From the NCBI GenBank assembly GCA_043228905.1, contig JBHGNT010000020.1, positions 1,550,001 to 1,614,000 on the forward strand: 64,000 bases of DNA, written 5' to 3'. Position 1 is the first letter of the stretch. The number at the start of each line of letters is the position of its first letter. Origin of the DNA: Azolla caroliniana (taxonomy: Eukaryota > Plantae > Polypodiophyta). The notes below the pieces were generated by a model that was not told where the DNA came from, did not search any database, and worked only from the letters and a program-made list of their open reading frames with translations. Shown here piece by piece: positions 19,030 to 31,928 of this stretch. The translations under genes were made by a program, and so were the position numbers.

Positions 19030-21145
19030 CTTCCATAGGATCATGCACGATCGTCACTTGGCATACATGTTGTGGGTCACTTGGCATACATGCATGCATG
19101 CCATTTGGTAGTTATCCATTGTGTCCTATGCCACATAACATTAAATAATAATAATATAAAAATATATTATTAATTGAAAGAAGTGGTTGTAATGGTTAGA
19201 GTGTAAGACTCTTGTTTAAAGCATATAGTTTCAAATCTTGATGTTGACATCATCCCCTCCTCTGAAGATGAGTTCCATGAGTCGCAAGGTAATGAAGATG
19301 AAACTCCTATATAAGTTCAAGGGCACTTGTGACATTCTCTATAGATTCCCATGTTCAATCATCAAGCGTTGTCGTGAAGATCCGTCACTAGGCGCGGATT
19401 GCGAGGCGGAACCGTCGGGGTTCTGGACCGGAAGGATCGAAGTTCGCACCAAGCTTAGTAAGAAAGTATTTAGGATAGATTGAAAGAGAGAAAGAGATTA
19501 AGATTAAACACTTGACTTAGATTGAGAAAGATTGATATGGCCAAGAGAGATATATTGAGATTAAGATTTTAATTCTTGATTTAAGAAACAAGATATATCA
19601 TCAATGAATTTTCTTCTCATTAATTTCTTCGTCCATACATGGATCCATAATACATTTTCATCCATCCTTTTATAGATGCCCCATGCATATGATGCATGTT
19701 TGCCATTTGGCGCTCGTGTATTACATGTGGTGCATGATAACCATGTCACTCATTTTAGCTCTCATGCATAAGAATTTACATGTAAAAGTACGATGATAGA
19801 AATATAATTTCAACTAAATATCTTGGCTTAGTGGTAAGCCAATTGACTCCTAACTTGGAGGTGCAAGGTTTGAATCCTTACTTGTCCTCCTTGTATATGT
19901 ATATATATTTATTTATTTATCTAGTCGCCGGTTCGCCTGATGCCGACGTCGGATGTCATCAGTTACCGGTTTTCTTTTAGTTGTTCTAGACTATCCTTGA
20001 CAACGAGATTGCTTGAGACTTTTGGATATTCGAGCATCATGCAATGAGGATGACATCTTCTGTTTGCAAAGAATAGATTGAGTTATCGTAAGAAAACTCA
20101 GACTCATATGTAAGAAATACATCAAATCATCTTGTTGATAGTTGATAATGCAATAGAGGTACTACTCTAATGTTTGATTTGTGCATTCAGTTTGACCATT
20201 GTTTTGAGGATCATAACTTTTACAAGAAATTTTTAGGATCTTAAGTCTGTCCAAAATTTCGCAATAACTTGTGGTTCACGATCACTAATGATTTCATCTG
20301 GAAGGCCATGATGTTTGAAAACGTCTCGAATAACAAGATTTGTCGTTTCATGACTAATAAAAGTCTTTCTACATGGAAGAAAAATGTGTCATTTTTGTAA
20401 AACGATCCGCCATTGTACGAATAACATCATAACCTTTGGAAAATGGGAGATCTGTGATGAAATCCACAGAAATGGATTTCCACAGGCCATCTAGAATGGA
20501 CAATGGTTACAACAAACCATATGGTGGATGTCGAGAAATCTTTGATCGACAACATACATCAAAAGCAGAAGCATAGTCCATGACAAATTGACAAACATGA
20601 GGCCACCAATAGTTTTGGGCAACTAGCTCCAATGTTTTCATAGCTCTAAAATCTCCCACTAATGGCAAATCATGGTAGTGTTGCAAGACTTCGGGTCGAG
20701 AAAGCCCATCGGGAATATAAATATGGTTCTTTCGAAAAAACAACCCATCATGCTAACTAAAGTTCCCATAATCCATACGAGAAAACTTGGAGCGTGAACA
20801 AGAAGCACGATTTGGAATGATGTGGTTTATCTTCAGCACCATTGTCATCTCAGTCTTCGGGTAATACAAGATTTTATTGTCTTCTTGTTTTGTTATTATC
20901 TTCTTTTCATCGAAATCGACATTATCTTCAAAGCTTTGGTCGTGATAGTTTGCACCAGAATGGTTTGACACTAAGTAGATCTTACACTTATATAAAATAC
21001 ATAGGATCGCGAATGATCGCCACTTGGCATACATGCATGCATGCCATTTGGCAATCATCCATTGTGTCCTATGTCACATAACAGTAAATAATAATCGTAT
21101 GAAAACTCTTGTTTAAATGTTACAATTCGAATCTTGATATTGACA
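19030..21145 (-). mobile_element. Internally deleted chromovirus-type Gypsy remnant
   Basis: Degenerate direct repeats ending TGACA at 19249 and 21145. PPT-like purine run and chromodomain tail (TWESIENV...EFH) at ~19250-19369. Integrase remnant YHDLPLVG...NYWWP...ISVDFITDLP at ~20150-20745. Confidence 0.75.
19370..20002. mobile_element. Probable solo LTR inserted in the chromovirus remnant
   Basis: TGTCGTGAAG...CTTGACA ends; interrupts the integrase/chromodomain remnant; flanks GCGT/ACGA match only partly. Confidence 0.5.
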
Positions 21146-21642
21146 TTTTGTGACAACATGTAAGACAATAGCCTTAAAGAAACGAGGACTAGGGTCAAGC
21201 ATGCGCTTCTTTTGCACCATCCCACTGCAAGACAATACACATAGGTTCATTAAATGTCATATAGCTCACATAATTTGGAAGTACTTATCGGATATTTGGC
21301 AAGCTTAATAAACCCGTTGTTAATTGAGGCCTTAACAATGGGGTTTTGCTGAGTATGTTCAAAATGGTCCAAATGAAGATCTGGAGATTTTGTTCCAATT
21401 TTTAAGATATTGGGGACTGCAACACAATCGGAATATGCGTAATTCTTCTTTCATGTTTGATAGTGAGATGAGACGAACGCCTATATAAAGAAGTTGAAAG
21501 GCATTCTCGTGTGGAATTTTTGGATGTTAGTGCATGTGGGATTCATTTCCTCGAGTGCATAATATTCAGGTTTTCTAATGGCTTTACAAGATGTTCCTCT
21601 CCCGACATAGGCAGATAAAGAAGACTAAGAAGTCGTAACAAG

Positions 21643-21868
21643 CAGGAATCAACAATGGTTTGGTTTTGGCTTTGTCCAAACCAAATTGGTTAAGTCGTAA
21701 CCGGTTTGGGAGTTTCCGAACTTGAACCGAACCGGTTGCTAAACCGGATTAGCCAAGCCGAAATTGGTTTGGTTTAGCCCAAATTGGTTTGGTCAAGGAA
21801 GCTCAAGCCTAAACTAAACCGAACCGAACCGAACCGAACCTCCAAACTGTTTAACGGTTCGGTTCAGG
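21643..21868. mobile_element. MITE-like remnant with AACCG repeats (same family as 31387-31638)
   Basis: Starts CAGGAATC and shares GGTTTGGGAGTTTC..AACTTGAACC with the 31.4-kb element. Confidence 0.6.
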
Positions 21869-21996
21869 CTTAAAATAATTGTGTGCTTTAGCCTTTTACC
21901 GAGAAAAAAGAGAGATGCAGAAAGAGAGAGAGACAGAGACGATATTTTGAGGGAGAGAGAGTAAAAAGAAGAGGAAGGGCATTTCGGGAAATAACG

Positions 21997-22028
<32 letters not shown>

Positions 22029-22076
22029 GGCCCCGCGAAACGGCTCTGTCGGGAAACGCTCTGCAGGAAACGGAGA

Positions 22077-23291
22077 ATGTATCATCCCTCTCGCGGTGGA
22101 GTCAGGGGCGGTCGAGATCGTAAGTTAGAACCCTACGTTTGTTTTGATTCCATTCCCTGTTCGATTCTATTCGTTATCTGTCTCGCTGTATGTGTGTGTT
22201 TTGTTGTTCAAACCCTAAATTTCTACGTTGTCGGAATTGTTGCTCGTTTTGATGGTTTCCTTACTCTTCAGACTATCAGTGAATACCTGTTTGTCTTTTC
22301 TGAGTCTTCATTTTATTCCAAACAGGAAAACGGAATTGTTGCTCGTTTTGATGGCTTCCTTACTCTTCAGACTATCAGTGAATACCTGTTTGTCTTTTCT
22401 GAGTCTTCATTTATTCCAAACAGAAAAACATAAATTTGACAATGAATGGATTTAGATTGCCTAATAATTTATATGTTCTTCAGACCATCAAAGATCACTG
22501 TCTGAAAATCATGTGCATAAGCTTTTTTTTTATGTACATCTGTATATGAAGAATAACTTTAGCTTTAGGCTTCTGACTACGCTTGGAGATTGTGTGTGTG
22601 GATGAAAAATCTATGTTGATGTGGAAATTTTGGGGGATGGACAGTTTTGTGGAAATTGCGGGGCATGGACAGTTTTTTGTCAATATCTTTATGCTGATGG
22701 TTGATTAGATAAAGAAGATACCTTTATTCATACATATTCATTGAATGTTGTTGCCCATATTATTGTTCTATTTAAATATTCACTTCTCCTTCCAGGTCTA
22801 ATCACCTTTCTGTATTGCAGAGTTCAATTGGGATGATGTTAAAACTGATAAACACAGGGAGAACTATCTTGGTCATAGTGTTAAAGCTCCTGTGGGAAGG
22901 TGGCAAAAAGGTACAGGTTAATGTATGCCTTCTCTCTATAATGCATTATGCATGACCTTACCTTATTATTATTTTCCTAAAAAAACAGGGAAGGACCTAA
23001 CCTGGTATGCTAGGGATAAAAACTCCGCTTTGAATGCGGACGAGGAAACAAAAGCTGAGATTCAGAGAATTAAAGAGGAAGAAGAGCAGGCAATGAGGGA
23101 AGTTCTTGGCTTAGCTCCAAAAAGGGGAAAACAGTTTCAAGGAAATAGATTGGACAAGCATGAAACTGCGGAGCTGTTAAAGAGAGGGAAAACTGAGGAA
23201 GACCTGTTGCCAGATTATGCACAAGGAGAGCGTATCCAAGGCTTGGGATTTGCCCCGTAAGAATTTAGAATTTAGAATTTTTATCGTCTGC

Positions 23292-23385
<94 letters not shown>

Positions 23386-26300
23386 AACCTTAAAAACATC
23401 TTTTGAATTTTCTCAATCTCATTCCATGCATTAAGAGAGATGGTGCCACCCCATACTTCTACTCCATAAAACAATACTTGAGTTACCATGGCATTGAACA
23501 ACATTAGTTTTACTTCCCATCCACAAGTATCACTTTGGTTGCATTGGTTCTCCAAAAGGTAATATGATTTCCAACCGGCTTGGAGTCTAGAATCAAAGCA
23601 TGCACTCCATTTATTTGTGGCAGGTACATCAATACCAAGATATTTAAAGCTTCGAACAAATTGTATATGTTCACCTCTATATGTGAGCATAGGGGAGAGG
23701 TGTCTTATTAGCTTTTGCAAAATTATCAAAATGATGAATGAGAACAAAGGCCAAAGTTACAAGCCATAATATGATTTGATACCAATATCAGATTAAAGGC
23801 CAAAGAAAAGAAAAATAGTAAAAATCCTATAGCTAGAGACTAAGATGAGATTAAAACCTATAGGGGGTTGACAGATTGCCATTGTTGACAGTGCCATTAA
23901 GAGGATTTTTTTCTTTTTAAGCAATATTTTATTTGATTGCTTGGTCCCCCAATGGTCAATGGTTCCTAAACTGTAGGAGCTATGGTGATAGGCCTAGTGA
24001 CTACCATGTGGTTGATCCATTTAATATTGGGCTCCAATGTGTGTGCGGGTGTGTGCAACGTTTTTGATATAATTTCACTTAGGCCCTACATAAAGTCACT
24101 TAAAAGTGATAAAATGAGTTGGTTGAGATTTGTTGGATGGTGAAATTTTAGTGAAATTGGGGGTTTGAGCAATGTTTTATCTCTCGCAAGCAATTCTGCA
24201 AGCCTGTTCCATGGTTTCATCGATGTGATTTGATCACTTTTTCTTCAAGAAGTGATATTGGGCTAGTTGTGGGTAAAAGTAAGAAAAGCAAAACAATTTT
24301 CTGTGAGTGATTGATCAGAGAGAAGATAGAGGTTACTTTACCTAATCACAAAACTCTATAAGTACCACATGTTTTTGGTGGGTTTCTTCCAAGATAGTGA
24401 GTGTATCTTAATCATTGAGGAAGAATGAGATGAATGGGACCATATTTAAGATACAACTATTAAATGTATCAAAAACCTAGATTTGCAAAGTACATGCATA
24501 TCAATTCCATCTCTCAATCCCAAAGTCTTTAAGATTTTGACCGTTTTGTGTAACCATTACAATGCTCTGAGAAGAAAAGAGAAATTACAGTCTTATGAGG
24601 CACGAAGCCTAGAGGCCAATTCAAAAAAGGTGTTGGGATCCATATCACTAAAACAAATGCAAGTGAAACCTTGGTTGCACGCAATATTTAGTTACCCCAA
24701 GCACCATTGGTTCCCATATTCCATTACTTGTGTAGTGGGCCAATTCCTTGGTTAAAGAGGCAGTAGTATCTCCCTCTTATTTCATAAAAAAAATAGTACA
24801 CTAGCAAACATAATTTCTTCCTCCCCTTGATAATCTTACATCAACATGTATAGATGATGAAATTCTTTAGTTACATCTTTTCTATTTCTATTTACTTTTT
24901 TACTTAGTTACATTTATTTTGATTTGTTATTCTCAAAGATGAGACAACATTTTAAGATGTAATCTCTTGTTTGGTCTCATAGACCATTCTAGCCTCTTAA
25001 AAGATGGTACCGCATCTTACTTTCTTGATGACACAATTGGCAGATTCGTGCTTGTAGAGGTTTGCGGACATATCTACCTACCTGAATCTCTAACTGATGT
25101 GAAGAGTTTTGTAGCTGGCCTATCACACTGCAGAGCGAATGTGATAGATGTATATCCATCTAAGAGGGGCTGATGATGAACTCATCTTCTGATGTGTGTA
25201 AAAAGTGTTCCTTATGTGGGCCACCTTCCAACCAAGAGATGTTCTGGGTTGATCCATGCATGTCCATTATCCAATCATAATATCAGTTTAGATCACTCTA
25301 TTCTTTTCCACTTTGGTCATGTTCAGATGGGGACAATCCAAGCTATATTGGAACATGGTTACTGATTTATGTTTATGCCATGTGACACAAACTGTTGTTA
25401 TGTTTCAGCATACCGACAATGACCATCTCCTTGTTCAACATGTTTTGATGACATAAGTGCAAACCTCGAGTACCTTTGTTTAGGGAGGTTCCAATGCGCG
25501 TGGATATTGGTAATTAATCGGAATAATGATTCATTGATTATTGGGTCTGCTCCATACTCATACAAATTATATCATGGGGCACTAATGCTTTGCTCTTTAT
25601 CATGCGAGCAATCAACCATTGAGGATAAAGATCTCTTCAAATCTCTTTAGTTATTTACCTTGTGAAGACTCAGTCCTACGGTTCTATTCCATAGAGAAGA
25701 GTCAGTGTCACATGCATATCAAGTAACCACAATTAGTTTGTGGTTCTTGGAAGTTTTTGTGTGCACATTGTCTCTCAAGAGCACCAAAGGCTGCATATCC
25801 ATGAGAAAGTTGAGCACAGGCAGCTTCCTGTAAGAGAACGAAGGCCCTTTGAATGATACTCCTAGGTATTTGTAGGATTGTTGTGTGTGCACCATCTTTT
25901 CCTCTCCCAAGAAGAATTCTGGCCCTGATCTCATTACCCATTCCTGAATGGTCTTAAACACCATTAATTTTATCAAGGTTTACCGACAGTTTTAAAGCGT
26001 CTACATGTTCTTTGTAATCCTCTCAGAGAGTCAGAGATCAGCACAACTTTATCAACATGTATTAATATCTGTATGACTATACCTGTTAAGCTCCTGAACG
26101 ATCAAATCTCTCTATGCAATGCAATACCTCATCTATATAAAAACCGAAGAGACTCGGAGATAGTGGACAGCCTCTGAAAACCCATTGGAAGATCACACTT
26201 TTCATAACATGGATTCATATACTGCACACATCCCAATTGCATATATAGGTGATGCCAGAGGCTTCTAGCCACTGCATGGGCCTAGCAAGTGGTATGTGGA

Positions 26301-27806
26301 CAAATTCAAAGCTATGTAGACAATGAATGTGTTTCTCACATTTATGCACTTGGAAGATGGAGTTGTGTTGTTGAGTATGCTTGGTTGTATAGGCTTCTAG
26401 CCACTGCATTGGCCAAGCAAGTGGTATGTGGACAAATTTAAAGCTATGTAACCAATGAATGTGTTTTTCACATTTATGCCCTTGGAAGATGGAGTTGTGT
26501 TGTTGAGTATGCCTTGGTTGTATAGGCTTCATTCAGGTAGATATCAATGGTAAAATGATTACTCTTGAACACAGAATAAAGACTCATGTGTTAGGTGTAA
26601 AGGTTAGCAAGGAATTTATTGCTGTTGTTTCTAATGTAATGAAACATCACTTTTCAGTGTACTCCATCTTTGCAAAGGATATTACTGTATATAAAGTTGA
26701 ATCTAATTTAAATGCATTACACAAAGAAATGGCAACTTTCTTGAATGCATTCAAAAACTGCATTTTGGATTCTCTGCTGGGAGATTTACATCCTGAAAGG
26801 CCCACGAATCATATAATTGATTAATTAATTTATGTATTTTATCAAACAGATTACTTTGCCTCTCATTAAACATTTTTCATGCACTTTTACTCTCGTCCTA
26901 CAATCTAGAGATAAATGTGAGCCCTGATGGTTTGTGAAGCAGATTTTTGTCCCGACCTAATCACGCAATCAATGAGATATGTCAGCACCTAATGGCAGGA
27001 TATTAGGTGTACATAGGCTCCAACTAACTCCCCAAAATGAGGGGAGTTAATTGGTCGAGGTCCCTACCTAACCAGATAACCAAGAAGCTATGCTAAGACC
27101 TATATATTTGGCTTGCTAGATTTGCACATCTTCAGCAAATACTGCTTGATATCAGAGGCAAATTCCTCATGTTGGAGACATCTCAATGTTGGACCCACCA
27201 TTGATGGATATCTTTTGAAGACACCAAATTTAGAAGTACAAACTTTACTAGTTTCTAAGTAGCCTTTAGATAGTTAACTCTCTTTTCAGATTTTTCAGAG
27301 ATGAGGCAAATTTTCAGTTGTAGCCTCATGGTGGGTGACACCATTTTTATCTTTTAGAGACATTTATACATCATTTTTTTCTCTTTCTTTCTAAAGTATA
27401 TACAACTGAACATGGATCATAGGTACCAAATTTCAGAAAATTGTAATGACGATTCTAGCATACTAACGCAGTTTTAATTTTTGATAGGGCACCCCGACAT
27501 TACTCCAATAAAGCTGCACCTTTGCCTCAATCAAATTCAGCTGAGATGACACAAAAACAAGTTGTTAAGCACAGCATGGACGATCGCCCGAAAGAAGAGG
27601 AGCCTCAGAAGGAGGATGATCATGTAGATACCAAAATGAGGAGAAAGTTAGAGAAGAAGGAAGCAAAGGAGAAAAGGAAGGAGGAGAAGAGGGAAGCAAA
27701 GAAGGAAAAGAGGAAGCATAGTTCTACCACTTCTGATGTTGATAAAAGGCATCGTGATGGGAAACGTAGTCGGAGAAAACATGATAATAGTGAGAGCTCA
27801 GGCTAA
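22077..27806 (+). CDS. Multiple myeloma tumor-associated protein 2 homolog (MMTAG2/C1orf35-like), 4 exons
   Basis: Exons 22077-22119, 22821-22910, 22989-23256 and 27488-27806 with GT-AG introns join in frame. Protein: [51 protein letters not shown]...LGLAPK..., then a K/E/R-rich tail. Confidence 0.92.
22232..22428 (+). repeat. 99-bp tandem duplication in intron 1
   Basis: CGGAATTGTTGCTCG... starts at 22232 and 22331; copies nearly identical. Confidence 0.9.
23296..23380. repeat. (AG)n microsatellite
   Basis: About 85 bp of pure AG repeat. Confidence 0.95.
23382..23700 (-). mobile_element. Non-LTR (LINE) RT C-terminal fragment in intron
   Basis: FKYLGID...[18 protein letters not shown]...[10 protein letters not shown]. 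Confidence 0.75.
25400..26190 (-). mobile_element. Second LINE RT fragment in intron
   Basis: [15 protein letters not shown] (~26130-26170) and YKYLGVSF, with frameshifts. Confidence 0.7.
26260..26824 (+). mobile_element. Gypsy protease/pre-RT fragment with a 132-bp tandem duplication
   Basis: Repeat starts at 26261 and 26393; VLLSMPWL and [18 protein letters not shown] resemble the LGMPWL and LPPER..H.ID motifs. Confidence 0.55.
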
Positions 27807-30012
27807 TGTTCGCTTTCATCAATGGAAGTCTCAGAAGATCTACTCCACATCCTTCAGTGAAAAGATCTACTCTATTGATTTTGCACCTTTGTGCACTTAA
27901 TGTAACTTTGCCCATATACAACAGTGGATACCAACTTATTGGTTGTATGAATGTTATACCTTGTAAGCGAGTTATTACTTGGAAATGTTCCTTTACTAAT
28001 TGGAGCTCCGTCGTCATTTATATAATGGTATGAATTTGAGAAAAGTCATGGAGGACTAAACGTACAATTCTTTTCTCTTGATATCAGTTTATTATTCCTC
28101 TGGTTTTGCATTTGGAGTGAACGATCGAGGAAAAACTAAGTTAATACTCGGGAGAAAAGAGCTATCATTTTCCAGTGTTAGTCCTATAATGGATTAATCC
28201 ATATAATAATGGAACATGTTTATCCTATCAACGAAATCATGAAGCTACCATATTATCAACTGATTGCTCCACAACGTTCCATAGAAATTGGATATTTCAG
28301 TTCATTTTGTGGAGTTGCTAGGATCGACATAAGGGTGTGAGCAAGGTTTTGAAGTATATACCATGGTATAGATGTGAATTGTATGGTATGTCTAGAAAGT
28401 GCTTGGGTGACATTTTGTGGAAGGACTTCAAGGATAAGCAAGAATATCATACTATTCATGATGATTTTGTGAAAATAATATTTCATAAAATTCTCTCATA
28501 TATAGTGGCATCCTGTACTTATTTATTCTTTTGTAGTTGTGCAACTCCAATATATTCCTCGATAATTGTGTATTTTATGAGAAAGTCCTAATAGTTGTTG
28601 GGATATTTCTTGCATTGCATGTGCCATTTATGTGAATGAAAAACCAAAACCAAAAACATCGTCCAATTGGTTGTTAGATTATCAAATGTGGTGTCATGAG
28701 CTTGTATAAAGAGGCCCCTCATTGTAATACTTAGAAGAGAATTGGGCCAAGCGTTGCAAAAGACTTGATGGACTATCTCCCTTCAACTCCCTAGGTGAAA
28801 TATAGCAAATGAAAATCAAGATCCATGAATTGACCCCATCACCTTGCATCCCATAGGAACTTTGAAATCACCTCACAGGTGATGAATGCATATGGGGTTC
28901 ACAAATTGCCCATACAACCAAATCCAAAGAATAGTGGCAGTGGAATGATTTATCATATTAATTAAATAATTTAACATTTAAGCCCATGCTCACTATAGAA
29001 TCACATCATTCCAAACTTTGTGTTTCTTAATATCTTATTATGTTTTCAATATATCAACATACAATGTCCAAACCTTTCCATCCTAATTGGGAGTCCTTAA
29101 ATAGCTTATAGTTATAGCAACTTTTAACTATAGCAATACGAATATGAAAGTGGCTAATAATTTATTTTCACAATATCTTTATTAAAAAGGTTATTACATC
29201 TTTATCTTTTTTAAGCCCAAAGTGCACTTCTATATGGCATTGCTACTACAATTTATTTGCATTTTTCTAGTGTTTTATTTTATTTTCGCTTTCTTCCACA
29301 CCTAGTTCCCAATAAGCTTTATGTGTTTTGGTGTATTGACAAGGTTTCAAGTGTGGATACAAACAAGGTTGTCATGTTTTATTCACTAAATATGGTTCCA
29401 AAATGAAACCAACATCTTGTTCGTGTTTCTGGCCACACTACTTAGGTGTGCAAATGGGTATTAGATGGCCAAATGTCATTATTTTTAAGAAAATGTGAAA
29501 ACAATCATAGTCATATCATATATGTATCTACATATCTTTTAAAAATTGAGAAAGGGGGAAAAAACGAGCAAATTTCTATTAGAGAGTAGAATAGAATTTT
29601 CAAGAACTCATATTCAATTTCTTTGCCTTCTCCATCAATGCCTCTAAGTACATCACCAACATTTTTGGTCATCACCACCTTCATTAGCAACGTGTTCTCA
29701 GTTCTTTGTGGTCTTTTTGTCTTATTGGTTGGGTTTTAAGTTTTAAGAGGAACATTTTACTTTTCTCTTTACATAATACTCTAATCTATTTAGAGTAGAA
29801 ACATTGATGTACAAATTTTACTAATTGATAGTGAATTGTTTCTAGACTTTGTCTTGTGGTTTTTTTCCCCTCCTTGACGGTTCTCTATATTAAAATTTTG
29901 TGGTGTATCATGCATAATTTTCTCGTGTATTTAAGTTGTTTTTCTTGAATAACTTGCATAAGATAATTTTCGTTTCCTAATAAGTTGTAAAGTGCTATCT
30001 TGAATCCTAACA

Positions 30013-30430
30013 AGTTGTATTAAAGCCTCGTTCTAACACTTTCTTTTGGAGGCGATTTTTTTGGTGATAGTTTTACTTGAACGACACAAACTACCACAAA
30101 TGGAAAGGTAATATGAAAGATTTACTTTTCGTTAAAAATCTATGCTTACCTTTTTTTGGAATGACAAAACCTGAGAATAAAACTACCGAGGTGAGGTTTT
30201 CCGAGAACCAACAAGTATGTGGTTTTATCCGATGATGGGTAGGATATAATGTTTAAACCATATTGTGAATGAAACTCATACCAAAGCTTTATGGAACAAA
30301 CTTGAAATTTTATATACATCTAAGATGGGTATTAATAAGTTGTTTTTGCTTACAAAAGCAATGCATTTAATTTATAATGAAGGTAATTTTGTCTCTTATC
30401 ACTTAAATGAATTACAAGTTTCTTTGAAAT
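30013..30430 (+). mobile_element. Ty1/Copia gag remnant with degenerate Met-PBS
   Basis: LTR-like end CCTAACA followed by AGTTGTATTAAAGCC (~TGGTATCAGAGCC); LNDTNYHKWKGNMKDLLF...ALWNKLEILY...HLNE. Confidence 0.7.
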
Positions 30431-30539
30431 GGAGGATCAAACTCCAAAAGAGCAAGAAGGTAGAAGGCAAGCATATGCATCTAGGAAATGAATTCAAAAT
30501 GCATAGCAAGTGATGACCCATGAGACTATAGATACCTCA

Positions 30540-31330
30540 AATTTGAAAATCATGTGTTGGATTTGCAAAGGATATTCATGAGATAATGGGTTAGGATTAA
30601 TTGATGTAGCATTTTAGCACAAGGTATTGATGGGATCATGATGCAAAGCACATACCAAAGATAGATAGTTACTTTATAAAATCAATATAGCCTCAATCTA
30701 AAGGGAATATTGAATGTGCAAAGATAGCATTTATTTACCATGAGAGGTTAGATAATTATATATGTAAATATGATGATTATAATCGATACCTATGGATAGA
30801 GATTAATTGGTTTGGGCAAAGAGAATCTCTACATAGCTGGATGCTACATTCTTCATAAGGAGTTAAAGAACTATAATAGATTTGGGTTGGACGGTGATGA
30901 GCCTTTCATAGACTTACATAAAAACATACCTATTTCTAAGAAGCTCGATAAAGTGTTGATTATGGGAAACTTTAATGCTAGAGTTGGAAAATACCAACAT
31001 ATGGAGATACCTGAAGAAAGTATAGTGGATCCTTGTGTATTGCGTGACTCAAAGGATTGTATTGTGATGAATTATGGAAGACTTCTTATACATATGCTTT
31101 GACTACACAAACTTGATTGTCTTAAATGGTAATTTTTTTCCTTCGACAAATGTACTCACATGTTTACTAGCCTTGGGAGGACCAAGTGTAGTAGATTATG
31201 AATTTATGGAAGCATGTGATTTATCTATAGTGTATGCATTTAAGATTGGTCCTCTATCCCCTCACTCGGACCATAAGCCCTTGTACTTGGGTTGGCCTTA
31301 CACTCTCTCACAATCCATCAACAAATGTAA
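30540..31330 (+). mobile_element. LINE apurinic endonuclease fragment
   Basis: YIAGCY, IMGNFNARVG, SVVDY and SDHKPL motifs across frameshifts. Confidence 0.75.
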
Positions 31331-31386
31331 TAAAGTGAAAAATGATAGATACACTAATACAACATTCGAACCTTGTCACGACATAA

Positions 31387-31638
31387 TAGGAATCGACGAC
31401 GGTTTAGTTTCAAGCTAACCAGTTTGGGAGTTTCTAAACTTGAACCAAACTAGTTCCTAAACTAGTTAAGCCTAAATTGAAGCTAACCAGTTTGGGAGTT
31501 TCTAAACTTGAACCAAACTAGTTCCTAAACTAGTTAAGGCTTAATCAATTTAGGCTTAACTAGTTTAGGAATTGGTTCGGTTTAAGTTTAGAAACTCCCA
31601 AACCGTTTAAGCTGAAACGGAACCGTTGCCGATTCCTG
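31387..31638. mobile_element. Palindromic MITE with internal duplication
   Basis: Ends AGGAATCGACGACGGTT / AACCGTTGCCGATTCCT; arms self-complementary; no TSD seen. Confidence 0.7.
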
Positions 31639-31928
31639 GGACTCCGATGTATGCAAAAGAAGTTTGAGAAGCATTTGCCGGAACTCTTTTCTTCAAGTAA
31701 AATGATGTTTAAAGAAAATCTTTGAAACATTTGAAAGATCTCTCAATCATTTGAGGTATGTATGTATGTATGTATGTAATGGGAGTCACATACAAATTAT
31801 GTGTCTACTTCTTCATGTCATTCTTCTTCTTCCAAACCAAACCAGAAGAAAGAAGAACTGAAGAACAAGCACTACTTTCTTCTTCTTCTTCTTCTTCTCT
31901 GTAGTCTTTGATTCCTCTGTGTGCTTTT

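Noticed and set aside
19815-19890. Functional tRNA gene
   Set aside because: A/B boxes are present, but no consistent acceptor or anticodon stems were found.
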